From the NCBI GenBank assembly GCA_036676985.1, contig JAKFBU010000018.1:1-34135 (forward strand): DNA of 34,135 nt. The letters are read 5' to 3'. The position numbers and the translations under genes were made by a program. The DNA is from Candidatus Sericytochromatia bacterium (GTDB taxonomy: Bacteria > Cyanobacteriota > Sericytochromatia > S15B-MN24 > UBA4093). Shown here piece by piece: positions 1 to 10,524 of this stretch (within the stretch, counting starts at the first letter, position 1; each line of letters opens with the position of its first letter). The notes below the pieces were generated by a model. That model worked only from the letters and a program-made list of their open reading frames with translations. It did no database searches and was not told the origin of the DNA.

Positions 1-1
1 T

Positions 2-418
2 CTAGCCCGGATAGCGCGTCGAGAGGGCCCCGGCCTCGTCCAGGAGGGCCTGCACGGCGTTCATCTTCATCATGAGCGCGGTGGTACCGCCCTTCACGAG
101 CTGCAGGTCACCCTTCATGATGGCGGGCACGGGGTAAATCGCCTTTTCCAGGAGCAGCTTCCAGTTGGCGGCCACCCCGCGGATGACGTACTCAGCCTCG
201 TAGGGGCCGGGGCCCGCGACGCGGCTCGCGCTCTGGCAGGCGCCGTCCTGCACATGGAGCACCAGGGCCGCGGGCTCGACGCCCTTGTCGGGATCGGGCA
301 GGAGCGCGAAGGCCAGCGAGGTGGTCCAGCCCTTGTTGGCGTCCTTGAAGGCCTTGCTGTCGTTGAGGCGCTCGGCCAGGGCCGAGACCCAGCCGTCGGA
401 CAAGAAATCGACTTCCAC
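2..418 (-). CDS. SCP2 sterol/lipid-binding domain protein
   Basis: GTG at 418 follows AGGAGG (425-430). 'FLSDGWVSALAERLND...W..L......AIMKGDLQLVKG' is the SCP2-like pattern. The start is trimmed from the ORF track's 514. Confidence 0.8.
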   Translation of the reverse strand: MEVDFLSDGWVSALAERLNDSKAFKDANKGWTTSLAFALLPDPDKGVEPAALVLHVQDGACQSASRVAGPGPYEAEYVIRGVAANWKLLLEKAIYPVPAIMKGDLQLVKGGTTALMMKMNAVQALLDEAGALSTRYPG

Positions 419-530
419 GCAGAACCTCCTCATAGAGCGGGCGAGGGACCGGACGTGGCGGCCAAGGCGAGTGACCGTCCGGTTGCTAACCAGACAATTA
501 TCGCGAGGCCGCACGGAAAGTCAATCGGGC

Positions 531-3500
531 CTAGGAGAACAGGAACTCCAGGTCCTCCTGCGAGAAGGCCTGCGACAGGCCCTCGCCCTCGAGCACGTCC
601 TTGGCGAGGCGGCGCTTGCGCTCCTGTAGGGCCAGGACCTTCTCCTCGACGGTGTCCTTGGCGATGAGCTTGTAGGAGAAGACGTGCCGGGCCTGGCCGA
701 TCCGGTGCGCCCGGTCCGTGGCCTGCTCCTCGACCGCAGGGTTCCACCAGGGGTCGAAGAGGACCACGTAGTCCGCGCCCGTCAGGTTCAGACCCGTGCC
801 GCCCGCCTTCAGGCTGATCAGGAAGACCGGTGCCGTGCCCGCGTTGAAGCGCTGGACCCGCTCGATCCGGTCCTTGGTCTGGCCGTCCAGGTACTCGAAC
901 TCCACGCCATCCGCCGTCAGGCGGTCCGAGAGGATCCGCAGCACCTTCACGAACTGCGAGAAGATGAGCACCCGGTGCCCCTCGGCCGAGATCTCGCGAA
1001 CCAGCTCCATGACGTGGTCGACCTTGGCGGAGGGAATGGTCGGCAGGTGGGGAGCCACGATGCGCGGGTCGCAGCAGGCCTGGCGCAGGCGCAACAGGCC
1101 CTCGAGCACGTTGAAGCGGGACTTGGCGAGGCCCACGCGCGCGACGGCCCCCATGACCTCGTGCCGGACGCCCGCCAGGAGCTCGTCGTAGAACCGGCGC
1201 TGCTCGGGCCCGAGCTCGCAGTAGCTTACCATGTCGGTGCGCGGCGGCAGATCGGGGGCGACCTCCTGCTTGAGACGGCGCAGGATGAAGGGGTGCGCGC
1301 GGCGCCTGAGCGCGTCCACGGGCGCCTCGGCGCCCGCCTTGAGGTAGCGGTCCCGGAACTGCCGCTCCGAGCCCAGGTAGCCGGGCATCAGGAACTGGAA
1401 CAGGCTCCACAGCTCGAGCAGATTGTTCTCGATGGGCGTACCCGTGAGGCAGAGGCGATGGTTGGCCTGGAGGCTGCAGGCCGTCTTCGCCCCCTGCGAG
1501 CGCGGGTTCTTGATCATCTGGGCCTCGTCCAGGATGACGTAGTGGAACCGGCGTCCCTTGAGCGTGCCGAGGTCCCGGCGCAACAGCGCGTAGCTCGTGA
1601 CCACCACGTCCGCGCCGTCCAGGTCGAGGGCCTGGGCATGCCGGTCGGAGCCGTGGAAGACGGCGACCTTGAGGCCCGGCGCGAAGCGCGCGAACTCCTG
1701 CTCCCAGTTGAAGACCACCGAGGTCGGGGCCACCAGCAGGCTCGGGCCCTGGCGGCCGGCCTCCTTCTCGCGCAGGAGGAGGGCGATCGCCTGGATGGAC
1801 TTGCCGAGGCCCATGTCGTCCGCGAGGATCCCGTTGAGCCCGTTGTCCCGCAGGAAGCAGAGGTAGTCCAGGCCCCGCCGCTGGTAGCCGCGCAGCTCCC
1901 CGACGAAGCCCTCGGGCACCGCCTGCTGAGGCACGGTCTCCTGGTGCTGCAGTAGGTGCAGCAGGGCGTGCCAGTCGGTGTCGGCCTGGGCGGAGTCCGC
2001 GGCCTCCATGATCTCCTGGGCTGCGATCGCCTGGTACCTTGGCAGGCGTTGGCGGACGCGATCGCCCGAGAGCAAGGCGTCGAAGCCGAGCGAGCCCGCG
2101 AGCGCCTGTTGGCGCGCCAGCCACTCTTCGGGCAGCCGGGCGAAGGCACCCGTGCCGAGCCGGACGAAGCGCGAGCCGGAGCGCATGGCCTTGAGGAGGC
2201 TCTGGCCCTCGAGGGGCTCGCCGTCGAGCGTCAGGTAGGTCTCCATGTCGAACCAGTCGGTGCCGGAGGCGATGCTGACGCTGACGCTCGCATGCCGGCG
2301 GTCGACGCGGTGACGGGTGAGCCGCTCCTCGCCGTAGACTTCCCAGCCCTCGGTCAAAAGCGCGGGGATCCCGTCCATGAGAAAGCCGAGGGCCGCATCG
2401 CCCCAGCCGGTCCACTCGCCGGAGCCCCGGGCCTCCAGCCCCGTTCCCGACATGCGGCGGATCAGGGCCGCTTCTGCCTCGGCGTCGCGCTCCCAGAAGC
2501 CCCAGGCGCCGTCGAGCTCTCCGCCGACCGCTCGGCGCGGGTCGGTGGGGCTGATGGGCATGGCCGTGCCGTAGGTGAAGCCCAGGCGCGCCACCAGGCC
2601 GTCGTCCTCCTCGTGGAGGGTGAGGCGAGCGAGCGGCGTGACGCTTGGGTGGAGGCGCGGCGGTGCGGCGGGCGCCACCGGCTGGGCCGAGCCGTCGGGC
2701 ACGGAGGACTCGCCCTCGACGACCGGGTGGAGGGTGCCGTCCATGAGGACCCATGCGGGGTCTTCCCCGATCAGCCGGGCCGGGGCCGCGGGGACCGGAA
2801 TGCCTTCCAGCTCCCAGATCTCCTGTTCGCCCTCCCAGGTGGAGACGCGCCGGCGGACGATCGGGCGATCCGCGCGGATGGACAGGAGCTGGCGGCCTCC
2901 GGCGTAAACGAAGGCGTAGTCCTGCAGGAGCTCCAGGATGGGCGTGACGTCCGCCTCGCGCAGGGGGACGCCGCGGGCGTGCGGCGAGGAGAACGAGCGA
3001 CCGTGGGCCTGGTAGAAGGGGATGAGGCGCTCCAGGATGGCCCGATCCTCTTCGCGCGGCGGGTTCTTGGGCATGCCCCAGAGGCCGACCGGGCGCGCGG
3101 TGCCGGGCGTCAGGTCGTCGCGCAGCTTGGCCGTGTCGAGCGACAGCCACAGGCACATGGGCCGCTGGTACATGGCGGCCAGGGACTTGGGCGGCGGCGC
3201 GGGCCAGCACGTGTAGAGCGTGACTTCCTGGCCGGGCTCAAAGGGGGTGTCGGCGGCGGCCGTCTGGGGCAGCACGGGGTTTTCCAGGAACGCGAGGCCC
3301 AGGGCGGCCACGTGCTTGCACCGCTCACCGAGCGGGCAATCGCACCGGGAGTGGAAGGTCTGGCCGTCCCAGTCGAGGCGCGTCGTGCGCAGGTAATCGG
3401 AGCCGTCGTCGACGGTCGCCTGGACGCTCAGGGCGTCCGGGCGGGGGGCTGCGATCGCGGGCTCGGCCACGCCGCCCCGCCGGAGGCAGGTCGCCCCCGT

Positions 3501-3569
3501 CCGCAGGACAGCGGATCCGATCCACTGCTCGAACTCCGCACGTGTGAAAAGCCGGGTCAATACGTCCAA
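531..3569 (-). CDS. SWIM zinc finger plus SNF2-family helicase/translocase
   Basis: SWIM CDCPLGERCKH; motif I LADDMGLGKS; motif II ILDEAQ; motif III LTGTPIEN; C-terminal SLKAGGTGLNL and QATDRAHRIGQ. Confidence 0.95.
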   Translation of the reverse strand: MDVLTRLFTRAEFEQWIGSAVLRTGATCLRRGGVAEPAIAAPRPDALSVQATVDDGSDYLRTTRLDWDGQTFHSRCDCPLGERCKHVAALGLAFLENPVLPQTAAADTPFEPGQEVTLYTCWPAPPPKSLAAMYQRPMCLWLSLDTAKLRDDLTPGTARPVGLWGMPKNPPREEDRAILERLIPFYQAHGRSFSSPHARGVPLREADVTPILELLQDYAFVYAGGRQLLSIRADRPIVRRRVSTWEGEQEIWELEGIPVPAAPARLIGEDPAWVLMDGTLHPVVEGESSVPDGSAQPVAPAAPPRLHPSVTPLARLTLHEEDDGLVARLGFTYGTAMPISPTDPRRAVGGELDGAWGFWERDAEAEAALIRRMSGTGLEARGSGEWTGWGDAALGFLMDGIPALLTEGWEVYGEERLTRHRVDRRHASVSVSIASGTDWFDMETYLTLDGEPLEGQSLLKAMRSGSRFVRLGTGAFARLPEEWLARQQALAGSLGFDALLSGDRVRQRLPRYQAIAAQEIMEAADSAQADTDWHALLHLLQHQETVPQQAVPEGFVGELRGYQRRGLDYLCFLRDNGLNGILADDMGLGKSIQAIALLLREKEAGRQGPSLLVAPTSVVFNWEQEFARFAPGLKVAVFHGSDRHAQALDLDGADVVVTSYALLRRDLGTLKGRRFHYVILDEAQMIKNPRSQGAKTACSLQANHRLCLTGTPIENNLLELWSLFQFLMPGYLGSERQFRDRYLKAGAEAPVDALRRRAHPFILRRLKQEVAPDLPPRTDMVSYCELGPEQRRFYDELLAGVRHEVMGAVARVGLAKSRFNVLEGLLRLRQACCDPRIVAPHLPTIPSAKVDHVMELVREISAEGHRVLIFSQFVKVLRILSDRLTADGVEFEYLDGQTKDRIERVQRFNAGTAPVFLISLKAGGTGLNLTGADYVVLFDPWWNPAVEEQATDRAHRIGQARHVFSYKLIAKDTVEEKVLALQERKRRLAKDVLEGEGLSQAFSQEDLEFLFS

Positions 3570-3687
3570 CGAGGTGACTCAGTCCGTCTGACGGGGCTCG
3601 GCCGGGACGTGCCGGCAAAGCCCCAGGATGCGCCGGGGCGCCCGAGGCGAAATAGCCATCATACCATTTCTCGGGGCGTAGGCGGGC

Positions 3688-5226
3688 TCAATCCCCGTGA
3701 ATGCGGGCCTTGCTCACGATCATGGGGTGGTCGGACGTGTCCCGGACGAGCTTGCCCTGGTCCTTGACGTAGCCGCTGAAGGACACGTCCGACGAGCCGA
3801 AGATCCAGTCGATGCCCATCTGGCGGGGACGACCGTCGCGGCCTTCGTTGGCGGCGTTCATGTCCGTGCCCTTGGACATCCGGTTGAAGTACTCCTCGCG
3901 TTCGTTCATGTCGCCCGTCAGGAAGACCGGCTTGCCGCTCTTGCGCAGGCGGTTGACGAGGTCGATCTCGAGGTCGGTCGCCTTGTCGCGCCACTTCTCC
4001 TGGTCCGGGTGCTTGCGGGTGCTCGCGGGGTTGTGGAAGTTCGTGAAGTAGGCCTCCTGGCCCGTCTCCTTGTTGCGCAAGAGGACGACGGGCATGTCGA
4101 CCTTGTGGCCGCCGAAGTACGGGATGGCGATGCTGTCGGCCTTGACCAGGTCCCACTTGTCCTTGCGCCAGGCGATCGAGTTCGCGTTGGCCTGGCCGGG
4201 GAGCTTTTCACCGGGATAGACGCCGAACTTGTCGCCCGCCACCTTCTTGAACTCTCTCAGCTGGTCGCTCTGCAGCTCCTGGAAGCCCACCACGTCGACC
4301 TTGTGCTCGTTCAGGAGCTTGGCCGCGCGCCGGATGCGGGTGACGCCCGAGTCCATGCCCGGCTTCTCGCCGCCGGGCGTCGTGTGGCTGCTGCCGAGCA
4401 CGTTGAACGAGCTGATGACGAGATCCGTGGGCCCCTTGGCGCTCTGGGGGAGCGTCGGCTCCTCGAGGCCGTTGGCGGCCTCCGCCTGGTAGTCCGCCTT
4501 GATGGTCTCGCCCAGGATGCCGCCGAAGACCTCGGCCTTGCGGTCGGCCTCCTGGCCGTTGTGGAACTCGAGGCGCGAGACGCGGCGATCGCCGTCCAGG
4601 TCGTAGCCCCGGAACTCCTTGCCTTCCTTGCGGGAGAGGACGCCGTCGCCGTTGCGATCCAGGGCATCGAACCGCCCCTCGAACCGTTCGTCGCGCTTGG
4701 CCTTCCAATCGGCGCCCCGGCCCGCATGGAACTCCTCGCGCGTGACCTTGCCGTCGTCGTTCGCGTCGTAGCCCTCGAGCTCCCGGCCCTCGCGCTTGCC
4801 GAGCTTGCCGTTTCCGTCGGCATCCAACTGATCGAAGGTGTGGTTGCGGATGGCCTCGCGGGCCGTGGCGCGGTCGGCGCGCTGGCCCTGCAGGAACTCC
4901 TCCTTGGAGACCGAGCCGTCCTCGTCCTTGCCGTAGCGCCCGAAGCCCTGGGCTTCGGCCTCGTTCAGCTTGCCGTCGCCGTCGGCATCCAGGAGCTTGA
5001 AGTCCATGCGCGACTCTTTGCGCGAGACCTTGCCGTCGCCGTTGGCGTCGCGGGCGGCAAAGCGCGCGGCACCTCGCTCCAGCAGCTCCTTGCCGCTGAG
5101 CGTCCCGTCCTGGTTGGCATCCAGCTTTTCGAAGCGCGGATCGACCTTGCCCTTCTGGCCCTCTTCGGCCGCCTTGCGACCGCCAGGCTTGCTGGGATGG
5201 GGACGGGAGTCGGCGTTGATCTTCAT
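3688..5226 (-). CDS. Multi-EF-hand protein fused to an endonuclease/exonuclease/phosphatase (EEP) domain
   Basis: ATG at 5226 (MKINAD) follows GGAGG. About 8 DxDxDG-type loops, then EEP motifs SFNVLG, GFQE, NFHNP, TGDMN, IDWIF and SDHP. Confidence 0.85.
   Translation of the reverse strand: MKINADSRPHPSKPGGRKAAEEGQKGKVDPRFEKLDANQDGTLSGKELLERGAARFAARDANGDGKVSRKESRMDFKLLDADGDGKLNEAEAQGFGRYGKDEDGSVSKEEFLQGQRADRATAREAIRNHTFDQLDADGNGKLGKREGRELEGYDANDDGKVTREEFHAGRGADWKAKRDERFEGRFDALDRNGDGVLSRKEGKEFRGYDLDGDRRVSRLEFHNGQEADRKAEVFGGILGETIKADYQAEAANGLEEPTLPQSAKGPTDLVISSFNVLGSSHTTPGGEKPGMDSGVTRIRRAAKLLNEHKVDVVGFQELQSDQLREFKKVAGDKFGVYPGEKLPGQANANSIAWRKDKWDLVKADSIAIPYFGGHKVDMPVVLLRNKETGQEAYFTNFHNPASTRKHPDQEKWRDKATDLEIDLVNRLRKSGKPVFLTGDMNEREEYFNRMSKGTDMNAANEGRDGRPRQMGIDWIFGSSDVSFSGYVKDQGKLVRDTSDHPMIVSKARIHGD
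4560..5135 (-). repeat. Four tandem EF-hand pairs (coding repeat; approximate bounds)
   Basis: DANQDGTLSGKE, DANGDGKVSRKE, DADGDGKLNEAE, GKDEDGSVSKEE (degenerate), DADGNGKLGKRE, DANDDGKVTREE, DRNGDGVLSRKE, DLDGDRRVSRLE. Confidence 0.85.
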
Positions 5227-5436
5227 GAGGGCCTCCAGGCAATGACTTCTTACTGTCATGGATGTACCCGCGGCGCTGCGCCAGCTTGTGTCGCCTAACG
5301 AACTCTTAATGAAGCGCCCGAGCGCCGCCCGGCAACCGCGCCGAGAAACGTCGGCCATGGCGCCCAATCGATCGAGACGTCGTCCCGCTACGATCCGAGG
5401 TCGGTTGCTCGTTTTCGTGACGGATCGGAGGAGCGC

Positions 5437-5718
5437 ATGGACCACGACGCGGAGGTGGAGGCCCTGGCCCGCTCGCACTGGCGCGTGGGGCTGACGCTGA
5501 CGGCCCTCGTCATGGCCGTCTACTTCGGCTTCGTGCTCCTGGTCGCCTTCCAGAAGCCGCTGCTCGCCATGACGATCGCCCCGGGGCTGAGCCTCGGGAT
5601 CCTGGGCGGGGGACTCGTCATCGTGTTCGCCTGGCTGTTGACCGGCTGCTACGTACGCTGGGCCAATCGGCGCTACGACGCCGTGATCGCCCGGCTCAAG
5701 GCTAGCAAGGAGGGCTGA
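5437..5718 (+). CDS. yjcH: DUF485 (YjcH-like) small membrane protein
   Basis: Two TM helices and '[10 protein letters not shown]'. It lies directly upstream of actP, with a GGAGGAG RBS. Confidence 0.9.
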   Translation: MDHDAEVEALARSHWRVGLTLTALVMAVYFGFVLLVAFQKPLLAMTIAPGLSLGILGGGLVIVFAWLLTGCYVRWANRRYDAVIARLKASKEG

Positions 5719-5719
5719 C

Positions 5720-7288
5720 ATGACCACGTCGTGGGGCCGCCCGGATCCGATCGCGATCGCCTTCTTCCTCGTCTTCATCGGCCTGACGCTCGCCGTCACG
5801 TACTGGGCGGCCAGACGCACCCGGAGCCCCCACGAGTTCTTTGCCGCCGGGGGCAACGTCTCGGCCGGCCAGAACGGGCTCGCGCTGGCCGGTGACTACA
5901 TGAGCGCCGCGAGCTTCCTCGGCATCGCGGGCATGGTGGCCCTCAAGGGCTTCGACGGGCTGATGTACTCCATCGGCTTCCTGGTGGGCTGGCCCGTCGT
6001 CATGTTCCTCATCGCCGAGCCCCTGCGCAACCTCGGCAAGTACACCTTCTCGGACGTCGTCGCCTACCGGCTCGGGCAGGCCCCGGCCCGGATCGCGGCG
6101 GCCATGGGCGGTCTGGCGGTGGTGACCTTCTACCTGATCGCGCAGATGGTGGGGGCCGGCAACCTCATCCAGCTCATGTTCGGCCTGCCCTACGAGTCGG
6201 CGGTCGTCATCGTGGGGGCCGTGATGCTCGCCTACGTCCTCTTCGGCGGCATGCTCGCGACCACCTGGGTACAGATCATCAAGGCCGTCCTCCTGCTCGG
6301 CGGAGCGAGCCTGCTCGCCCTCCTGGTGCTCGCACGCTTCGGCTTCAACCCGCTCGCGCTCTTCGCGGCGGCCGCGGCCCGGTACGGGGCGGCGAGCCTT
6401 GGGCCGGGCACGCTGGTGGCCAATCCTTGGGACGCGCTGTCTTTGGGCCTCGCCCTGATGTTCGGCACCGCCGGCCTGCCGCACATCCTCATGCGCTTCT
6501 ACACGGTGCCGGACGCCCCGGCCGCGCGCCGCTCGGTCTTCTTCGCCACCGGGCTCATCGGCTACTTCTACCTGGTCACCTTCGTCCTGGGCTTCGGGGC
6601 GGCCGTGCTCGTGGGCCGCGACGCTGTGACGGCCGTCGACAAGGGCGGCAACATGGCAGCCCCCATGCTCGCGGCCATGGTGGGCGGCACGCCCTTTTTG
6701 GGCTTCATCTCCGCGGTCGCCTTCGCGACCATCCTCGCGGTGGTGGCGGGCCTCACGCTCTCGGGCGCGGCCGCCCTCTCGCACGACCTGTGGTCCCATG
6801 TGGTGCGCAGAGGCCAGGCCCCGGAGCGCGAGCAGCTCGTCGTCGCCCGGGCGGCCACGGTGGCCCTGAGCCTGGTGGCGATCGCCCTGGGCATCGTCTT
6901 CAAGGGTCAGAACGTCGCCTTCATGGTGGGGCTGGCGTTCGCGATCGCAGCGAGCGCCAATCTGCCGGCGCTGCTCCTGTCGATCTTCTGGCGCCCCTGC
7001 ACCACGCTCGGGGCCGTGGCCTCCATGGTGACGGGCACCTGCTCGAGCCTGCTCCTCATCGTGCTCTCACCGGTCGTGCAGGTGGACATCCTGGGCCACG
7101 CGAGCGCCTGGTTCCCCCTCAAGAATCCGGCGCTCGTCTCCATGCCGCTCGCCTTCCTGGCGGGCATCGCCGTCTCGCTGCTCTGGCCCGAGGCCGCGGC
7201 GAGCGACCGCTTCGCGGAGCTGAAGCACCGGACTCACCTGGGGCCGACCCGGCGTGCCTCCGCGCGTCCCGAAACCGACGCGATGTGA
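5720..7288 (+). CDS. actP: Cation/acetate symporter ActP (SSS family)
   Basis: [48 protein letters not shown] and [18 protein letters not shown]. Confidence 0.95.
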   Translation: MTTSWGRPDPIAIAFFLVFIGLTLAVTYWAARRTRSPHEFFAAGGNVSAGQNGLALAGDYMSAASFLGIAGMVALKGFDGLMYSIGFLVGWPVVMFLIAEPLRNLGKYTFSDVVAYRLGQAPARIAAAMGGLAVVTFYLIAQMVGAGNLIQLMFGLPYESAVVIVGAVMLAYVLFGGMLATTWVQIIKAVLLLGGASLLALLVLARFGFNPLALFAAAAARYGAASLGPGTLVANPWDALSLGLALMFGTAGLPHILMRFYTVPDAPAARRSVFFATGLIGYFYLVTFVLGFGAAVLVGRDAVTAVDKGGNMAAPMLAAMVGGTPFLGFISAVAFATILAVVAGLTLSGAAALSHDLWSHVVRRGQAPEREQLVVARAATVALSLVAIALGIVFKGQNVAFMVGLAFAIAASANLPALLLSIFWRPCTTLGAVASMVTGTCSSLLLIVLSPVVQVDILGHASAWFPLKNPALVSMPLAFLAGIAVSLLWPEAAASDRFAELKHRTHLGPTRRASARPETDAM

Positions 7289-7400
7289 AGGGTGAACCGG
7301 GACTGACCGGATGGCCCGCGCCATCTCCTGGACATCAGGCCTCGGAGAACGCCAGCCCTGGGGGGCCATGGCCGTGCGGCGCGCCCTCGCACGCGGAGCG

Positions 7401-9335
7401 TCAACCATGATCCGGCTCGCTGCCGTCTTCGAGCGGAGCCGGCCTCAGCGGCAGCGTGAACCAGAAGGTGGAGCCCTTGCCGAGCTCGCTCCAGACCCCG
7501 ATCTTGCCGCCGTGGGCCTCGACGATGGCCTTGCTGATCGATAGGCCGAGGCCCGTGCCCTTGCCCTTCCGGATGCCCGCCTCGAGCTGGGAGAATCGCT
7601 GGAACAGCTTGGGGATGTCCTCGCTCGCGATCCCCTCCCCCGTGTCCTCGATCTCGCAGCGCAAGTGATCGTCCGCCTGCCAGGCACGGATCCGGATCAT
7701 GCCTTCCGGCGCCGTGAACTTGAGGGCGTTGCCGATCAAGTTGGTAAGCACCTGCCCGATCCGTTGACCGTCCATGGTCGCCATGAGCGGCTCGGCCGGC
7801 AGCTGGGTCTCCATGTGCAGCCGTCCTTCCTCGAGCTGGGGCCGGAAGCTGTCGGCCGCCTGCCGGATCTTGTCGGCCAGGTCTTCGTCCTCGAGACGCA
7901 AGCGGAAGGTCCCGGCCTCGAGGCGCGCGAAGTCCAAGAGATCGTTCACGAGGAACTCCAGCCGCCGCGCGCCGTGCTCCAGCTGGTCCACGAACTCGCG
8001 CTGCAGGGCCGACAGTGGACCGCCGATCTCGTCCTCCAGGAACTCGGCGTAGCCCATGATGGAGGTGAGCGGGGTCCGGATCTCGTGGGAGACGGCGTTG
8101 ACGAAGTTCGTCTTGAGCACGTCCAGCTCCTGGAGCTTCTCGAACTGGGCCCTGAGCTGGTTCTCCAGTCGCTGGCGCTCCGTGACGTCCATGGCCACCC
8201 CGATGACGCCCGTCGTCGTCCCCGAGGGATCCTTCATGGGGCCGTACCAGACCTCGAAGACGTAATTATCGACCGTCACCAGGTCACTGAACGTCTCGCC
8301 GGCCAACGCCCGGCTGATATTCCGGGCGACGGCGGGCACGTCGGAAAAGTTCTCGTCGGCGCACAGTCCCACGAGCTGCTGGCGATCGCCCAGCAGGGCG
8401 AGCCCCTTGCCTTCGGCCATGGTAAAGCAGCCGTTCAAATCGGTGGCGAACAGGACGATGGGGGCGTTGGTCACGACCGTGCGCAGGCGTTGCTCGCTCT
8501 CGCGCAGGGAGTTGTAGAGGCGCGCCAGCTGCTCCGTGCGCTCCTGCACCTGCTGCTCCAGGTTCTCCGCATAGGCCTGCAGGCGGGCGGCCATCTGGTT
8601 GAAGTCGAGCCCCAGCTGGTCCAGCTCGTCCCGGGGCTCGCCGGGCACGGGGACATGGGCCGTGTAGTCCCCCGCCCCGAAGCGCCGGACCGCCGATACG
8701 AGGTCGTTCAGCCCCTGGGTGAGCCGGAAGCTCAGGACGACCGCCAGGACGGCGCTCAAGGCGAGGAAGAGCAGGATGATCGCGAGCGTGTAGAGCCGCG
8801 AGGTGTGCAGAATGGCCAGCTCCTCGGCCGCCGACGTCCCGATCCGGATGATGCCCGCTGGCTCCTTCAGGTAGCCCCGGACGTAGGGCACGGCGAGATC
8901 GAAGATCGCCTCTCCGCTCGGGAGCTTGTACGCCTGCGTCACCTGGTGGCCCGTCGCGAGCGACTCGAGCCCGCGGCGGGTGAGGTCGTCGTCGTAGCGC
9001 CGCCCGATCTGGCTCGGGTCGCTGTGCGCGATGGCCCGGCCGGTCTTCGCGTCGACGACGATGACGTAGCGGAGGCGCGGGTCCCGCTGCACCAGGGACT
9101 CCAGGTAGGCCTGCACCTGGTACTTGCCGGCGAACATGACCTGGTTGATGGATTGCTGGATGTTCGCCGCGTACAGGCGCTCGCGTTCGTGCACCTGCTG
9201 CAGGAGCATCTTGGTGTGGAAGGTGTTGAGGAAGGCCCCCAGGGTCCCGAGCGTCAGGGCCATGAAGCCGATCATGACGATCGTCAGCTTGGTCCGGATG
9301 GACCGGAAGCGCGTGGACGGCGTGCGGGTCACCAT
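7401..9335 (-). CDS. Membrane sensor histidine kinase (periplasmic Cache-like, HAMP, PAS, HisKA, HATPase)
   Basis: Two TMs flank a periplasmic domain. HAMP '[13 protein letters not shown]', H-box [12 protein letters not shown]-box [11 protein letters not shown]-box GTGLGL. ATG at 9335 overlaps the upstream stop codon. Confidence 0.92.
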   Translation of the reverse strand: MVTRTPSTRFRSIRTKLTIVMIGFMALTLGTLGAFLNTFHTKMLLQQVHERERLYAANIQQSINQVMFAGKYQVQAYLESLVQRDPRLRYVIVVDAKTGRAIAHSDPSQIGRRYDDDLTRRGLESLATGHQVTQAYKLPSGEAIFDLAVPYVRGYLKEPAGIIRIGTSAAEELAILHTSRLYTLAIILLFLALSAVLAVVLSFRLTQGLNDLVSAVRRFGAGDYTAHVPVPGEPRDELDQLGLDFNQMAARLQAYAENLEQQVQERTEQLARLYNSLRESEQRLRTVVTNAPIVLFATDLNGCFTMAEGKGLALLGDRQQLVGLCADENFSDVPAVARNISRALAGETFSDLVTVDNYVFEVWYGPMKDPSGTTTGVIGVAMDVTERQRLENQLRAQFEKLQELDVLKTNFVNAVSHEIRTPLTSIMGYAEFLEDEIGGPLSALQREFVDQLEHGARRLEFLVNDLLDFARLEAGTFRLRLEDEDLADKIRQAADSFRPQLEEGRLHMETQLPAEPLMATMDGQRIGQVLTNLIGNALKFTAPEGMIRIRAWQADDHLRCEIEDTGEGIASEDIPKLFQRFSQLEAGIRKGKGTGLGLSISKAIVEAHGGKIGVWSELGKGSTFWFTLPLRPAPLEDGSEPDHG

Positions 9336-10375
9336 ATCAGCCGACTCCCGGGCACGTGGGAGCTGGGGTCCCACGGCTTGCGGATCACGGTGGGAATGGG
9401 GCCCATCCAGCCGGGATAGGCGGCGAGGCTGGCCCGGGTCAGGGGATAGACCGTGAGCAGGACCTCGCGCGGAATCCGCTCGCCTCTAAGGAGGCGATAG
9501 GTCCAGCGCATGCTCTCCGCGCCGAGCGGCCCCATGAACTGGGCCGTATCGATGGCCAGGAGGCCGTCGCGCTCGAGCTCGGCGATCGCCCGGGGGTCTC
9601 CGTCGACCGTCGCCATCACGGCGTCGCGACGGCCCGCGCGCTGCAGCTCGCGCAGCACGCCCAGGCCGCCGCCGTCGTTGACACAGAAGATCGCATCGAT
9701 GGTCCCCGGCGGATGCCGGGCCACGATCTGCCGACCGGCCGCCTTGCCCCCGACCGGCTCGACGGCCTCGTAGCGGCCCACGATGCGGTAGGGAAGGCGC
9801 GCCTCGCCCAGAGCGTCGAGCAGACCTTCCACGCGCTCGATGGTCGAGGAGACGAACGGATACTCCACCAGCACGAGCCGCAGCGGCTTGGCTGCCGTTC
9901 GGCCCTTGAAGCGCTTGGCGAGATATTCCCCGTCGAGATGGCCGGCCAGGTGATTGTTGCTCGTCAGGTAGCAGGCGAGCTTTCCCTCGAGGACGTACTG
10001 ATCGTAGGCGACGACGGGAATCTTGGCCCGGTTGGCCGTGAGCACTGGCTTGGAGAGGGCCGCCGAGTCGATGGGCTGGAGGATGATCGCATCCACTTTC
10101 AGCTTGACCAGCCGGTCCATCGCGGCGATCTGGTTCCGGACGCCAGCCTCCCCGTCTCCGCCGACAAACGGGATGAGCTGCACGGGACGATCGGGGTGCC
10201 GTCGGTTGATCTCCTCGGCTGCCCGCTCGAGTCCGCGCCGCATGCCGACCTGACCCTGGATGGCCATGGACCAGTACACGACCCCGACCCGGTAAGGCGT
10301 TGCCGCGCGTGCCGGAAGCGCCGCGACCCCGATCGCGGCGAGGCAGGCTATGAACAGACGGACGATCCTTCGCAT
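9329..10375 (-). CDS. Periplasmic sugar-binding protein (RbsB/type I fold)
   Basis: Signal peptide [24 protein letters not shown]; '[12 protein letters not shown]', 'KIPVVAYD' and '[14 protein letters not shown]'. Confidence 0.85.
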   Translation of the reverse strand: MRRIVRLFIACLAAIGVAALPARAATPYRVGVVYWSMAIQGQVGMRRGLERAAEEINRRHPDRPVQLIPFVGGDGEAGVRNQIAAMDRLVKLKVDAIILQPIDSAALSKPVLTANRAKIPVVAYDQYVLEGKLACYLTSNNHLAGHLDGEYLAKRFKGRTAAKPLRLVLVEYPFVSSTIERVEGLLDALGEARLPYRIVGRYEAVEPVGGKAAGRQIVARHPPGTIDAIFCVNDGGGLGVLRELQRAGRRDAVMATVDGDPRAIAELERDGLLAIDTAQFMGPLGAESMRWTYRLLRGERIPREVLLTVYPLTRASLAAYPGWMGPIPTVIRKPWDPSSHVPGSRLIW

Positions 10376-10450
10376 GGCATGTCCATTATCCCACGGGGGC
10401 GGCGATTGCGACGTAAAGGCTCGGTGAAGACCCAGCCGCGCCGCGCAACA

Positions 10451-10480
10451 GGACGACCGACCAACCATGGCCGGTCGTCC
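10451..10480 (-). terminator. Hairpin downstream of qorB, possible terminator
   Basis: GGACGACCG...CGGTCGTCC is a perfect 9-bp inverted repeat that can be extended. The U-tract is weak. Confidence 0.45.
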
Positions 10481-10524
10481 CCCGAGGGGTCCGGCGCCGC
10501 CGCGGCGCCGTCAAGCGACAGTCG

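Noticed and set aside
430-3210. 926-aa ORF and other long alternate-frame or antisense ORFs (e.g. 1956-3767, 12368-14533, 24237-26021, 31336-33660)
   Set aside because: These are shadow ORFs typical of high-GC DNA. They overlap well-supported genes and carry no family motifs.
531-3569. SNF2 helicase as part of an anti-phage system
   Set aside because: It is a stand-alone SWIM-SNF2 with no adjacent methylase, nuclease or other defence genes.
5227-5856. 210-aa N-terminal extension of the EF-hand/EEP ORF
   Set aside because: It overlaps yjcH and actP on the opposite strand. The RBS supports ATG 5226.
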